64,000 nt of DNA. It comes from Pecten maximus (taxonomy: Eukaryota). Both the position numbers and the translations under genes were made by a program. Each line of letters begins with the position of its first letter. The first letter of the stretch is position 1. The notes beneath the pieces are model-generated. The model was not told the origin of the DNA and did no database searches. It saw only the letters and a list, made by a program, of their open reading frames with translations. This document shows, one piece after another, positions 35,892-49,102 of this stretch. The stretch covers positions 11,904,001-11,968,000 of the forward strand of contig NC_047018.1 of the NCBI RefSeq assembly GCF_902652985.1, written 5' to 3'.

Positions 35892-38800
35892 CTATGGGGC
35901 GCCGTTTTACTATTTATTCCCATTTGGTGATATCACCCATTCGTATAGGTGATATCACTCATTCGAATAGGTGATATCACTTATAAAATTCTTAAGTGAT
36001 ATCACCTATTCGAATGAGTGATATCACCTATTCGTTTCATTAAGTGATATCACCTATTCGAATAGGTGATATCACTTATAAAATTTGGAAAACTGTATGC
36101 TCCCCAATTCCATCATGTGTAACATGCCATCTACTGTACCATTATACTTATTTGGGAGCAGTCGTTTGTATTGTTTTTAAATCGATATCACTTATTCGAA
36201 TAGGTGATATCACTTATGAAATTTTATAAGTGATATCACCTATTCGAATTGGTGATATTCGAATGAGTGATATCACCTATTCGAATTGGTGATATCACCT
36301 ATTCGTTTCAATAAGTGATATTACCTATTCGAATGAGTGATATCACCTATTCGAATGGGTGATATCACTTAATGAAACGAATAGGTGATATCACTCATTC
36401 GAATAGGTGATATCACTTAAAAATCTTCTTAAGTGATATCACCTATTCGAATAGGAGATATCACTCATTTGAATAGGTGATATCATATCAATATTGCCAT
36501 ATTGACGGCTTGCTGTAGTCAACTGTTCACAACAACACTGTACTGAACTTTATAGTTTGCACTATGGCGGACACTTCACAAGTAGTTAGCGATGCTCATA
36601 ATGTCTTATATAGTTCCAGCAACTGAGAGCGATATCGACTCCAAGCTTGATCGAATTACGTCACTCATTTCTGATATGACTGTCCGTATATCTGATATAG
36701 ATGTACAAGTTAAGAAAATTGATAACGTCCAGCAAACATTGTCATCTTTAACTAATAAAGTTAATAAACTTGAGCATGAACTTGAATGTGAGAGTGAAGA
36801 ACTCTGAGTTTGAGAAGGCCATTCGCGATATAACTGTAAGCACTCGTGAATTTGAGCAAAGTGCACAGGCCCTTGGAGACATGTTTGATACTATTAAGAC
36901 ACAGGTTGATGTTAACAAGGCGTCATTGAACACACTCGAGGAATCTACATCCGATATCTCGGTTATTCGTAAGGAGTTAGACTCCCTGAAGAAGGAGAAG
37001 GATGAGATGAGCTCCCTTGTTCTTGATCTACAATGTAGATCGATGAAAAATAATTTGGTTTTTCACGGTCTTCAGGGTGAAAGTAAAGATGAGGACACTG
37101 AGAACAAACTCAGGGACTTTTTACATTTCGAGTTAGGCATTGATTACCGTATCGAAATTGGCAATGTTCACCGTTTTGGAAAGTTTGTGTCCGGTAAGCC
37201 GAGGCCAATAGTTGCTCGCTTTATTTACCATGAGGACCTCGCGCATGTGCTGCAGTTATCCGGAAAGCTCCGTGGAAAGCCATTCGGCATCAACGAGCAG
37301 TTTCCTGCTGTAATCGAGGCGAAAAGGCGGCTGCTGTATCCCGTTAGGAAGCAAGCGAGAGCTAACAATCTTCAGGCTAAAATGGTTCGGGATAAGTTAT
37401 ATATCGAGGGTGAACTTTACGTTCCGGGGGATCGGGTAGACTGTACGAGTGACAAGGCGTCAGCCTCTGCAGCGTCTCCGCGCAACACCAGGTGGGACAT
37501 TCTACGCCCGTCACACGCAGCGCTAAGAGGAGACGTCGTTTCACGTCAACCCCGCCTAATGCAGCCAACAGGACTGAGTCGTCTCATCTGTAGGGGTGTC
37601 AGGGTGTTATCCGTCCAGTGAAAGTAACTTTATGGAATGTTAATCGTGCTTTAGAACGCAAATTAGCCGACCCTGATTTCGTTGACCGTATTTCCGGTTC
37701 TGATTTAATTGTCCTATCGGAATGCTGGGTCAGTCAAGACAGTGCCTTAAACCGTATTCTTCTCCGTGGTGACTACACGATTTTGTCTTATCCTCGTCAA
37801 AAGGGTAAAGGTGGAGGTCTGGTTTTATTGTTTAATAAGAAGTTTGACATTTATGTTGTAAAGTTTGAAGTAGACACTCTACTGTGGGTTAAAATTAAGC
37901 AATTTGGTGCCGAAGATATTTATATCTGCTTCTCTTATATTCCACCTGTAAATAATGTATATTACACTCTGTATGATGTTGATGTCTTCGATATTATTCA
38001 GAATGATGTGGGCTATTACTCACAGCTTGGTACTGTTATCATTGCCGGTGATCTGAATAGTAGGATTGGTAATTCAGTTGATTACATAGAGTCTGATTCC
38101 ATACCGAGGTCAATTTGTAATACGCTTGCAAATAACTTTGTATATAACAACGATACTGTTATGCCTAATCGTGAATCTGATGATGGCGTTGTTAATAATT
38201 TCGGGCGTAAACTGTTACAACTGTGTAAAAGTACTGGTCTTCGGGTATGTAATGGTAGATCACCTGGTGAAAACACGGGTAAATTTACTTTTTATAATCA
38301 TTTGGGGTCAAGCGTAATCGATTATGTCCTTATACATAAAGATTTCTTTAATATGATCACTGAATTCAATGTGTGTGATTTTAATGTATGGTCTGGCCAT
38401 TCGCCAATTTGTTTTAATTTAAATGTGTTATCAAATTCGCATGAAGCACATGTAAGTATTGATATTCATATAAATAACGTTGATACTAACTTATCACCAA
38501 CTTTTTATAAATGGAATGTTGATGAAGAAGTTCAAATGAAGAGTAATTTAGATGATAACATCCATTTACTACATAATATTGTTAATGATATGCAGTCCTC
38601 TACTGTCTCTGTAGATCATGGCATCGATATCTTTTCTTCAGTTTTAAATGAAATAGTCAGCCCCTGCTGCCAATCATCTCCTAAGAACCCGTCTGAGAGT
38701 AAACCAAAACATCGTGCACATAAACCCTGGTTTGACGATAAATGTAAACGCTTATACAGATTGTATCGACGTAGCTTATTTTCTTTTAATTCTGATAGAA

Positions 38801-41615
38801 CCCCTTTAAACATGTTGTCCCTTGTTGAAGCCAAACGTACGTATAAACGTTATGAAAGAAGAGTTAAACGTAAGTATTTGAGATCAGAAGGGGACCGTCT
38901 AAGCTTGTTACGTAAAAAAAATTCGAAACTTTTTTATCAATATTTTAAGAAAAAGTCCAACTGTCCAACAAACCACTTAACTCTTGGGGACTTTTTTGAT
39001 CATTTCAAAGCTGTTAGTAGTGATGATGTTGTTTCCGATAATCCAGATATTTCAGATTTTGACAATTCAGAGATTTATGTTGATTTCAGACTCTACTATA
39101 ACTGATAATGAAGTTATGAATGTTTTAAAAAGTGCCAAATTGGGTAAAACTCCTGGGATTGATAATATTCTTAATGACTATTTTGTGAAATATAAGGAGT
39201 CATTTGCTCCAATTTTATCCAAACTTTTTAATGTATTTTTTGAAGCTGGTGTTTTCCCTTCAATATGGTCAAAGGGTATAATTTTTCCTTCGTTCAAAAA
39301 GGGCGATGCCTACGATACAAACAATTATAGAGGAATAACTCTAGTAAGCTGTTTATCTAAATTATTTACTAGTGTTTTAAACAATAGATTGTTGGATTGG
39401 TCTAGGGAGAATAACATCGTCTCTGATGCCCAATTTGGTTTTAAACCTGGTTTTGGAACCAATGATGCTATTTTTGCTTTACATGGTATAATTAAGAAAA
39501 TGCTTTCAAACAATCGTAAACTTTATTGCTGTTTTGTTGATTATCGTAAGGCTTTTGATAGCGTGAATAGAAATACATTGTTTTTGAAACTTTTCCAGAG
39601 TGGAATCAGAGGGAAATTATTAAATGTTCTAAAGTCTTTATATAAAGGTCTGAAATCATGTGTTAGATTTAAGTCTGAATTGTCTGATTTTTTCTCTTGT
39701 TCCCGAGGTTTGATGCAAGGGGAGGGGTTACTCCCTTTCTTTACTCTATGTATGTTAATGATTTCGAAAATGAACTAATTAATTCCTCCTGTGACGCTTT
39801 GTTTTTAAGAGATGTTTCACTTTTTCTTCTTATGTATGCAGATGACACTGTCCTTTTCTCAGAAACTGCTTCTGGCTTACAAAAATGTTAGACTCCTTAA
39901 AACAATATAGTGACAATTGGCAATTAATAGTCAATACTGATAGAACAAAAATTGTTGTATTTCGTAATAGGGGTAGATTACGAGTTGTCAACATTTTTTA
40001 CTTTAATGGCAATGAAATAGAGATTGTTGATCGTTTTAACTACCTAGGTATAGTATTTAACTCTAATGGTAAGTTCACAAAAACTCAAGGTGTTATTGCA
40101 GAACAAGGCCGTAAATGTATGTATAATGTGTTGAACATTTGTAAGAATTTATCTCTTAATGTAGAATCTAAATTGAACGTTTTTGATGTTTACGTCTCCT
40201 CTATTCTCAATTATGGTTGCGAAACATGGGGTTTCCATGTTGCAGACAAAGTAGAAAAGGTTCATGTTGATTTTTTGAGAAAGATCCTTGATGTTAAGAC
40301 AAGTACGCCTTCCTTCATGATATATTCGGAATTAGGACGTTTGCCGTTGCATATCGTCAGGAAATGTCGAATAATAAAATATTGGCTGAAATTGATCAAA
40401 TGTGAGAATATTGTTCTTAAGTCGGTTTATGAAGAGATGGAGGATTGTAATCACAGAAATTGTAATTGGCGTTGCCAAGTTAAAAAATTATTATTGTCTT
40501 CTGGTTTCGGTAGTGTCTGGTTAACTCATTATGTTGATAATGAAAAGGTATTTTTACATTGCTTTAAGCAGAGTTTGATTGATGCTTTTATTCAAGCAAG
40601 AAATGAATTTATTGAAAGATCTTCTAAATGTTATCTGTATAAATATATTGTTGACACCTTCACACTGCAATTCTGTCTAACAAAGTCTATTCCTGATCCG
40701 TATCGTAAACTTATTTCGAAATCAAGACTTTCATCGCATAAGCTTTATATAGAAGAAGGCCGGTATCGTAATATTCCAAGGTCAAATAGGTTATGTCGTT
40801 ATTGCAACCAGAACCAAGTAGAGGACGAATTCCATTTCATCCTTATTTGCCCACTATATGTTGATATTCGAAAAAGATTCATTAAAAAATATTATTGGAA
40901 TCACCCGTCTTCTTTTAAACTTGTCCAATTGCTTTCTGTTCACAATAAAAAAGAGTTATGTAATCTTGGAAAATATTTACAATCAAGCTGGTTACTGGAA
41001 AATATTTACAATCAAGCTGGTTACTACGGTCGAGATTCCAACCTTTAGTATAGATCAATATCGTATTGTACTGTTTATCTCCAGCTATACCTATTTTTTG
41101 TTCATACCCTAACTATTCATCTAAATTATGTACACTTTGTATTTAGTGTTGAATTAACGATGTTAGTTACTTATCTCTATTTATATCTATTTATATATAT
41201 TGTTTGTTCATAATCTAATTATTCTCACAAAGTATATATTTGCATTTGAAAAATCCTAGATACTTATATTAGTTATACCTATTGTTTGGTAACTACTATC
41301 TATCTACTCTTATAAACTGTATTATTTACTTTTTATTAATGACTTAAGGTACTCGTCTCCAGTTATGTTTATTGTTTTGTCCACCCCCTGACTACTCTGA
41401 CAAGTTGTGCTTTTGTTGTTAAAATCAATGTTTGCGGATGTTTTTCACCAGTTACGCCTACTGTTTTGTTCATCCTCTATAACAATTAGTTACGTATTGT
41501 ATATATGTGTATGTTGATGCTTCTATGTTATACTTATGAGCCGTAAGGCTTCAAGTTGAATAAACTATACTATACTATACCAAATGGGAATAAATAGTAA
41601 AACGGCGCCCCATAA
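35892..41615. mobile_element. Non-autonomous TIR DNA element with internal palindromic array, split by a LINE insertion
   Basis: TIR TATGGGGCGCCGTTTTACTATTTATTCCCATTTGGT (35893-35928) is the inverse of 41579-41614; TTAA duplicated at 35888-35891 and 41616-41619; internal GTGATATCAC/CTATTCGAATAG repeats at 35927-36490. Confidence 0.8.
36490..41580 (+). mobile_element. Near full-length RTE-X-like LINE, degenerate (ORF1; ORF2 APE endonuclease + RT + C-terminal Cys/His motif)
   Basis: ORF1 pieces 36592-37621 (coiled coil, RSMKNNLVFHGL, RPIVARF); EN (LWNV, LSECW, GDLNSR, SVIDY) 37618-39105; RT (PGIDNI, NYRGITL, QFGFK, FVDYRKAFDSV, YADD) 38984-39891; CRYCNQNQVEDEFHFILIC in 39885-41048; several frameshifts; (CTATA)n tail. 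Confidence 0.9.
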
Positions 41616-41899
41616 TTAACAGCCAGGTTTTGGAGGTGGAGGAAAGCCGGAGTACCCGGAGACGGACGGATGGATGGATGGGATGGATGGATGGAGGGTG
41701 TAATACAGACTTCAATAACAAACATCGTGGCAAGTGATAAGAACGGAACCAAAACCGGAGTCTGACTGTCTGTATCTGTCTGTCTGTCTATTTGTATCTA
41801 TCTGTCTGTCTGTCTGTCTGAAAGGTTTACTATAGCGTAAGATACAGATATTCACAAATAAAGTATTAATACACACTCCTTAGAACCTTTAAAGAAAGA

Positions 41900-44045
41900 A
41901 TTGAACCGTTTTTGACCATTTCTCTAGAAGGTCAAATACTCTGGATGATTGCTTGGTTCCACAATCATGTTATAAAGATTCGAATGTGGTTTATACGAAA
42001 TATTCAAGAATTATACGGAAGAGCCACGAGGGAAATGACTAATTCCAAGTCCTTGAAATTCTGCATTTTACTGATACAGCTGTCGTCTGGATAAGGGCAG
42101 ATACCTCCACATCGGACATGACGCATATACCGTCATTGTCGGATTTTTTGACGTCCGATAGCAATTCAACAGTCTTAAATGCGTATTACACGCGTAGATA
42201 CCGATACTTCTTATCGCATGGTCCCTCGGAAAACTTCAGATTTATTCTCATCTGACAGTCCGACTGTCCTCAGATATGGTGATGTCTGTTTTGATTGATG
42301 TGGCAGTGAGAATAAAACAATATTTTAGATCAACTATCAATGGCAATTGTCATTTCTTATTACATGCATCTGTCTAATATCGAAAACAAACACTGTAGTT
42401 ACCTGTGACAGATGTTAAAGTATCTGTCTGTAGTTACCTGTGACTGATGATAAACTATCTGTCTGTAGTTACCTGTGACTGATGATAAACTATCTGATCT
42501 GTAGTTACCTGTGACTGATGTTTAACTATCTGGTCTGTAGTTACCTGTGACTGTTGTTAAACTGGCTGTCTGTAGTTACCTGTGACTGTTGTTAAACAAT
42601 CTGGTCTGTAGTTACCTGTGACTGATGTTAAACTGGCTGTCTGTAGTTACCTGTGACTGATGTTAAACTATCTGTCTGTAGTTACCATGTGACTGATGTT
42701 TAACTATCTGATCTGTAGTTACCTGTGACTGATGTTTAACTATCTTGTCTGTAGTTACCTGTGACTGATGTTATACTATCTGTCTGTAGTTACCTGTGGC
42801 TGAGGTTAAACTGTCTGTCTGTAGTTACCTGTGACTGATGTTAAACTATCTGGTCTGTAGTTACCTGTGACTGATGTTAAACTATCTGTCTGTAGTTACC
42901 TGTGACTGATGTTAACTATCTGATCTGTAGTTACCTGTGACTGATGTTAAACTATCTTGTCTGTAGTTACCTGTGACTGATGTTAAACTATCTGGTCTGT
43001 AGTTACCTGTGACTGTTGTTAAACTATCTGGTCTGTAGTTACCTGTGACTGATGTTAAACTATCTGATCTGTAGTTACCTGTGACTGATGTTAAACTATC
43101 TGTCTGTAGTTACCTGTGACTGATGTTAAACTATCTGATCTGTAGTTACCTGTGGCTGTTGTTAAACTATCTGATCTGTAGTTACCTGTGAATGGTGTTA
43201 AACTTGTCCTTATAAATTTCACTGAGACATAATTATTTCCAGTGACAAGTTATTCTGTTACATTTTTGACTCCCCGTTTTTCCTAGTTTCTTGTTGCCAA
43301 TGGAGTTGCGGCCTTGTGCACGTCTCCTGTTCTATAATCCAATTCTAAATATATCACCGCTTAATTCCTGCCAAAAGACACTTTTGTTGATTTTTTGTCA
43401 TTAGCTTCGTTGAATTTGATGTGATCTATTGACATTTTTTTTATTGCAATGGTTTTTGTGTTACAAAAAGCAAAAATACTCCTTCCAACACAAAGATCGA
43501 CATCTTCACATTCATGTCCACGGTTGTCAGATCCGTGTTGGTTAGAATATCAGACAGCTGCCCTAAAATATAATTACAGAATACAAAATACATGTAAATG
43601 GATTACTTTAAGAGTTTAGAACCTAGATTAGTTATCAATAAATCTTTCCGCGTTAAGCACTAGAAGCGGAATTTCTCTTTGACTACACATATAAAAATGT
43701 TATAGATCAGGTTCTTTAACCATTTACACACACACGATTACAGATTTATAATTATATATCATGCGCTGACCATAATTCCTTTGGACAGGTTTGATGAACG
43801 TGATTTTCTACGAGCGGCAGAAATAATGTTCTGAAGGATAAACCCGTTGATAAGTGTAGCGTACTGTAGTTCAATCAGCCATGGGTATCCGCTAATGGTA
43901 CATTCCTTATTTGAATATATCGCGACTGTGGCTCTAGATATGACACTGTTGAAAATGCGTCTTCAATGTTTCAGGATATATGGATTTTTTGGAGGTGTGT
44001 TAGGATGCCATTTTAATGCCGTGTACGTCTATATGGCACTGTAGA
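41900..44045 (-). pseudogene. Possible decayed multi-exon gene (TRIM/B-box-NHL-like fragments)
   Basis: Exon-like blocks bounded by AG/GT (~44035-43770, 43562-43187, ~42285-41900) with stop-interrupted peptides such as DNRGHECEDVDLC, DNDGICVMSDVEV and RVFDLLEKWSKTV; no intact frame. Confidence 0.3.
42393..43190. repeat. 38/39-bp minisatellite containing a CAG|GTAACT donor-like junction
   Basis: CTGTAGTTACCTGTGACTGATGTTAAACTATCTG(G/A)T, ~20 copies. Confidence 0.95.
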
Positions 44046-44585
44046 ACTGTAGAAGTATGTACTGCTGTATCATCACATTAAGTTAATGCCTAGATAAACA
44101 ATTGTAAATTTAATTAACCCTTATAGGTAATACTAGAATACGTAACATGTAAGATATGAGAAGGATTAACGTCACCATCAGCCCAAGCTTATTAAATACA
44201 AACTAGTAATTTTAATCATGTGAGGTATTTACTTCTGCATTTTACATAACTGGTGATATATATGGAAGGCAGTGCGCTGGCTCAAATGCGTGCACACGGA
44301 ATTGAATATTGATATAGTGGTATAATTAGATAAATTCTCTCATACATGCGCCGTTTTGTGACAAATTGCATTTTGTTATATTACGTAACCATTTGTCAAT
44401 TATGAGCTTTGTGTCAAAAACTTAAATCTAACTACAGATAATAGCAGGCTCATATTTCCTGACCGTCAATTATAAAATAATATCGATCAGAAAAACGTAC
44501 AACCGTTCATCACTTCCTCGGGATTAATTCCGTGAGATATATTTGATATGTCTGTAGCATAAGGCCATACAAACTATCGTTATCA

Positions 44586-45620
44586 GTTGTAATTATCCAC
44601 ACTGTACCTCAAATGTGTATTCCTAACAGTTGTAATCATCCACACTGTACCTCAAATGTGTATTCCTAACAGTTGTAATTATCCACACTGTACCTCAAAT
44701 GTGTATTCCTAACAGTTGTAATTATCCACACTGTACCTCAAATGTGTATTCCTAACAGTTGTAATTATCCACACTGTACCTCAAATGTGTATTCCTAACA
44801 GTTGTAATTAGCCAACAAGATATAGCGAATGTATACTCCTTGCTGTTGTAATAAGCCACCGCAGAATATTGAATGTGTACTCTTGAGGTTTTGTAATTAG
44901 CCAACACAATACCTCGAATGTGTTCTATTTAACTGTTATAAATATCCATTAACGTATCCCGTATGTGTACTCTTTAATTATCCACCACTGTACCTCGAAT
45001 GTGTATTCCTAACAGTTGTAATTAGCCAACGAGGTATAGCGAATGTATACTCCTTGCTGTTGTAATAAGCCACCGCAGAATATTGAATGTGTACTCTTTA
45101 ATTAGCCATCACTGTGCCTCGAATGTTTTCTATTCAACTATTGCAATTATCCACTAATGTATCAAATTTGTACTCTTAAGCTGCTGCAATTAACAACTAC
45201 TGTACCTCGAACGTGTCTTGTGTGTTCTTTAGCTGTTTCAATAAATCAGCACTGTATTGCGAATATGTACTTTCACTGTTGTTATAAGCCTTCCCTATAA
45301 ACCGAATGTTTAATCCTAGTGTTGTAATTATTAACTGCTAAACCACGAATGTGTACACTTTAGCTGTTGTAATTAGCTATCGTTGTATCTCAAATGTGTA
45401 CTCTCTAGCTGTTGTGATTAGCAATCACTGTACCTTGAATGTGTACTCTTTAGCTGTTGTGATTATTCTTTAGCTGTTGTAATTAGCCATCACTCTATAT
45501 CAAAGGTATACTGCTAGCTGTTATAATTAGCCATCAATTAACATCGAATGTGTACTCTTAAGCTGTTGTAATTAGCTTTCATTGTACCTCTAATATGTAC
45601 GTTTTAGCTGTTAACACGGT
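44586..45620. repeat. 43-bp minisatellite with a left-to-right decay gradient
   Basis: AGTTGTAATTATCCACACTGTACCTCAAATGTGTATTCCTAAC near-perfect x5, then progressively diverged copies. Confidence 0.9.
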
Positions 45621-46069
45621 TACCGTTTACACTATGTCCAGTTACATATACCGTTTACAATTGAGTGTACATTTGATATATAGATGTATTTTTGACACCT
45701 GTACGTATAGGCGATACCTGGGTTTTAAGGTTTATACTGCATGTGGATGCAATGTTGCTCATGCTATTACTGCATTGATCCCTGACACGTATGTGTACTG
45801 TTAACAAACGGATGACACGAGTATGAGGGCGTGCGAGTATGATGATAGCAGTTCCAAGCTTAAAAAAAACGAGCTGCCTCTGGAAATGATTGCAAAATTA
45901 ACAAACATTACTATAGCTAACGCCAGAAATTACTCTTTTATTGCTTATCTTAATCGATACCTAAACACGCGCGTACGTTGATGTTCTTAACTCATTATTG
46001 AAACGCTACGGTTAACATATCATTTACGTTTGTCCGTGTGAATATTTAAACCATTGACAGTGCTACAGG

Positions 46070-47068
46070 GTACAGAGAGCAGTCTATAAACCATGGACAG
46101 GTGTACGGGGCACATAGGACAGTCGTCTATAAACCATGGACAGGTGTACGGGGTACAGAGGACAGTCTATAAACCCTGGACAGGTGTACGGGATACAGAG
46201 GACAGTCTATAAACCATGGACAGGTGTACGGGGTACAGAGGACAGTCTATAAACCCTGGACAGGAGTACGGGGTACAGAGGACAGTCTATAAACCCTGGA
46301 CAGGTGTACGGGGTACAGAGAACAGTCTATAAACCATGGACAGGTGTACGGGGTACAGATAACAGTCTATAAACCCTGGACAGGTGTACGGGGTACAGAA
46401 AACAGTCTATAAACCCTGGACAGGTGTACGGGGTACATATGACAGTCTATAAACCATGGACAGGTGTACGGGGTACAGAGGACAGTCTATAAACCATGGA
46501 CAGGTGTACGGGGTACAGAAAACAGTCTATAAACCCTGGACAGGTGTACGGGGTACAGAGAACAGTCTATATACCCTGGACAGGTGTACGGGGTACAGAG
46601 AACAGTCTATAAACCCTGGACAGGTGTACGGGGTACATAAAACAGCATATAAACCACGGACAGGTTTACGGGGTACAGAGAATAGTCTATAAACCCTGGA
46701 CAGGTGTACGGGGTACAGAGGACAGTCTATAAACCATGGACAGGTGTACGGGGTACAGATAACAGTCTATAAACCCTGGACAGGTGTACGGGATACAGAG
46801 AACGATCTATAAACCCTGGACAGGTGTACGGGGTACAGAGACAGTCTATAAACCCTGGACAGATGTACGGGGTACAGATAACAGTATATAAACCCTGGAC
46901 AGGTGTACGGGGTACAGAGACAGTCTATAAACCCTGGACAGGTGTACGGGGTACAGAGACAGTCTATAAACCCTGGACAGGTGTACGGGGTACAGAGACA
47001 GTCTATAAACCCTGGACAGGTGTACGGGGCACAGAGAACAGTCTATAAACCCTGGACAGGTGTACGGG
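46070..47068. repeat. 40-bp minisatellite
   Basis: GGTACAGAGGACAGTCTATAAACCCTGGACAGGTGTACGG, ~25 copies. Confidence 0.97.
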
Positions 47069-48719
47069 GGTACTGAGAACGATTGTCAATGACAAAGGAA
47101 GAATGGAAGCTTAAGACCTTGTTACACAGACAACTTTCTGTTTGTGACCAGGAAAGACGACGTAACACTGTTGGAGGAAAAGTATTTTATTATTCTTTAT
47201 TTCTACAAGAAGCATATGTGATTACACATTTACACATATTGTAACCAAATAGAATGCATGCATTTTCCAGTTTTATACAAGACATACACGTAACAACAAT
47301 ATCCTGATACGAATGGAACATCTAGCTGTAGATAATACATCCCTGCTGTTTTACTACTGTTAAACAAATACAAGATATGGTATTTGATTCGGTATCAACT
47401 ATTAGATTTCAGCATCGACAGTTTCAGTTTGAATTCATATACATAATACTACGTTAAAATGAATACGCCTTTTGTGTACGATTTCTGTATTGAAAGTTGA
47501 CTAGTACCGAGGAATTTATTCACGTGCTTACCTTGGTAATTTCTGAACTAGTTTTTGCCTGCTATGTTCTTGTAACCTATTCAATCCAGGTACAGAGTAA
47601 AGCACCTCCCCATCACAATGATCGGATGCTTTGCCAAATTAAACATATAAGATATAAATAAATCCACACAAATATCATTTTAGAATATTGATACCGATAT
47701 GTTCTAAATTACCAAATCTACTTGATTTACATGCTGTCTAATTATGTAGAGAACGTATATGAACACCAACATGAAGTAAGGTTGATTCTGTGATATTAAT
47801 TCTTTCTACATCTGTGTTACATATTCGTCAATATAACGTCGCATATCTGTGGCAAATGGGGCATTATTATGTAACAACATCGGCAATATGGCGGACTTCC
47901 AGTCGGTTGAAAAATAAATGGAAGAATGTGATGATAATCTCAGATTATTTCTTATATGACAGAATATGTACCATATATAGAACCTCGATTGTTACGCTAT
48001 TTTGTGCCCTCAGGTTATAAGGACAGGGTCTTTTAATGCACCTGCGACATCATACTAGCCAACTGCATCTTTGTCATATCCTATGCAACATCGATGTGTT
48101 TCACGCGAGGTATTTCTGACAAAAGATCGCAGTTTGAATTTTTCTTAAAACCAATTTACGATAAATGGCTTACCAAGGACAGATATTGCTGTATTGGTTG
48201 ACAATTCTTAGCTTAAGACATTAAATAACAAGTATCTAAGCGATTAACCAGTCTAAGACAACATCTATCTTTTAACTTTTACATTACTATTATAATGAGT
48301 AACACGGATAAATATATAGATAAAACATGCATATTTACAATGTGACTATATCTGATATAGGTGAGGAAGTTAGGTAAAAAAAAACACCCGAAAACAGAAA
48401 ATGGGCTTTTTCTTACAACTTATCGACTAAAGATATACACATTATATCGAAAGACATAACAACATAAAAAATGACTGTATACTTCAAGATGATTCTATCC
48501 TGTAAAAATCGGTCTTAACAAACAATATGTAAACACACAATACAAAACAGCCACAACAAAAACCTGTGGATAAGGCTCCCAATAGCCCTGTCTGGTCTAG
48601 GGACTGATCTGATTATACGATTAGTCCTTGACACTGATAACAACGACAGCGGTCTAATTATACGTGTATGAAGTTTCATGAAAATTTGTCTTATAATACG
48701 TCACATAATTGTTTTTCAT

Positions 48720-49102
48720 ACAGAAGTTTTTCACCAGAATCTATCAGAAATCCTACAGAAGGTTTTCACCAGAATCTATCAGAAATCCTACAGAAGGTTT
48801 TCACCAGAATCTATCAGAAATCCTACAGAAGGTTTTCACCAGAATCTATCAGAAATCCTACAGAAGGTTTTCACCAGAATCCATCAGAAATCCTACAGGT
48901 TTTCACCAGAATCGATCAGAAATCCTACAGAAGGTTTTCACCAGAATCGATCAGAAATCCTACAGAAGGTTTTCACCAGAATCGATCAGAAATCCTACAG
49001 AAGGTTTTCACCAGAATCGATCAGAAATCCTACAGAAGGTTTTCACCATATCAGAAATCCTACAGAAGGTTTTCACCAGAATCTATCAGAAATTCTACAG
49101 AA
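48720..49102. repeat. 35-bp minisatellite
   Basis: CAGAAGGTTTTCACCAGAATCTATCAGAAATCCTA, ~11 copies. Confidence 0.95.

Noticed and set aside
42393-47068. CRISPR-like regularly spaced repeats
   Set aside because: No unique spacers, eukaryotic context and no cas genes; these are ordinary tandem repeats.
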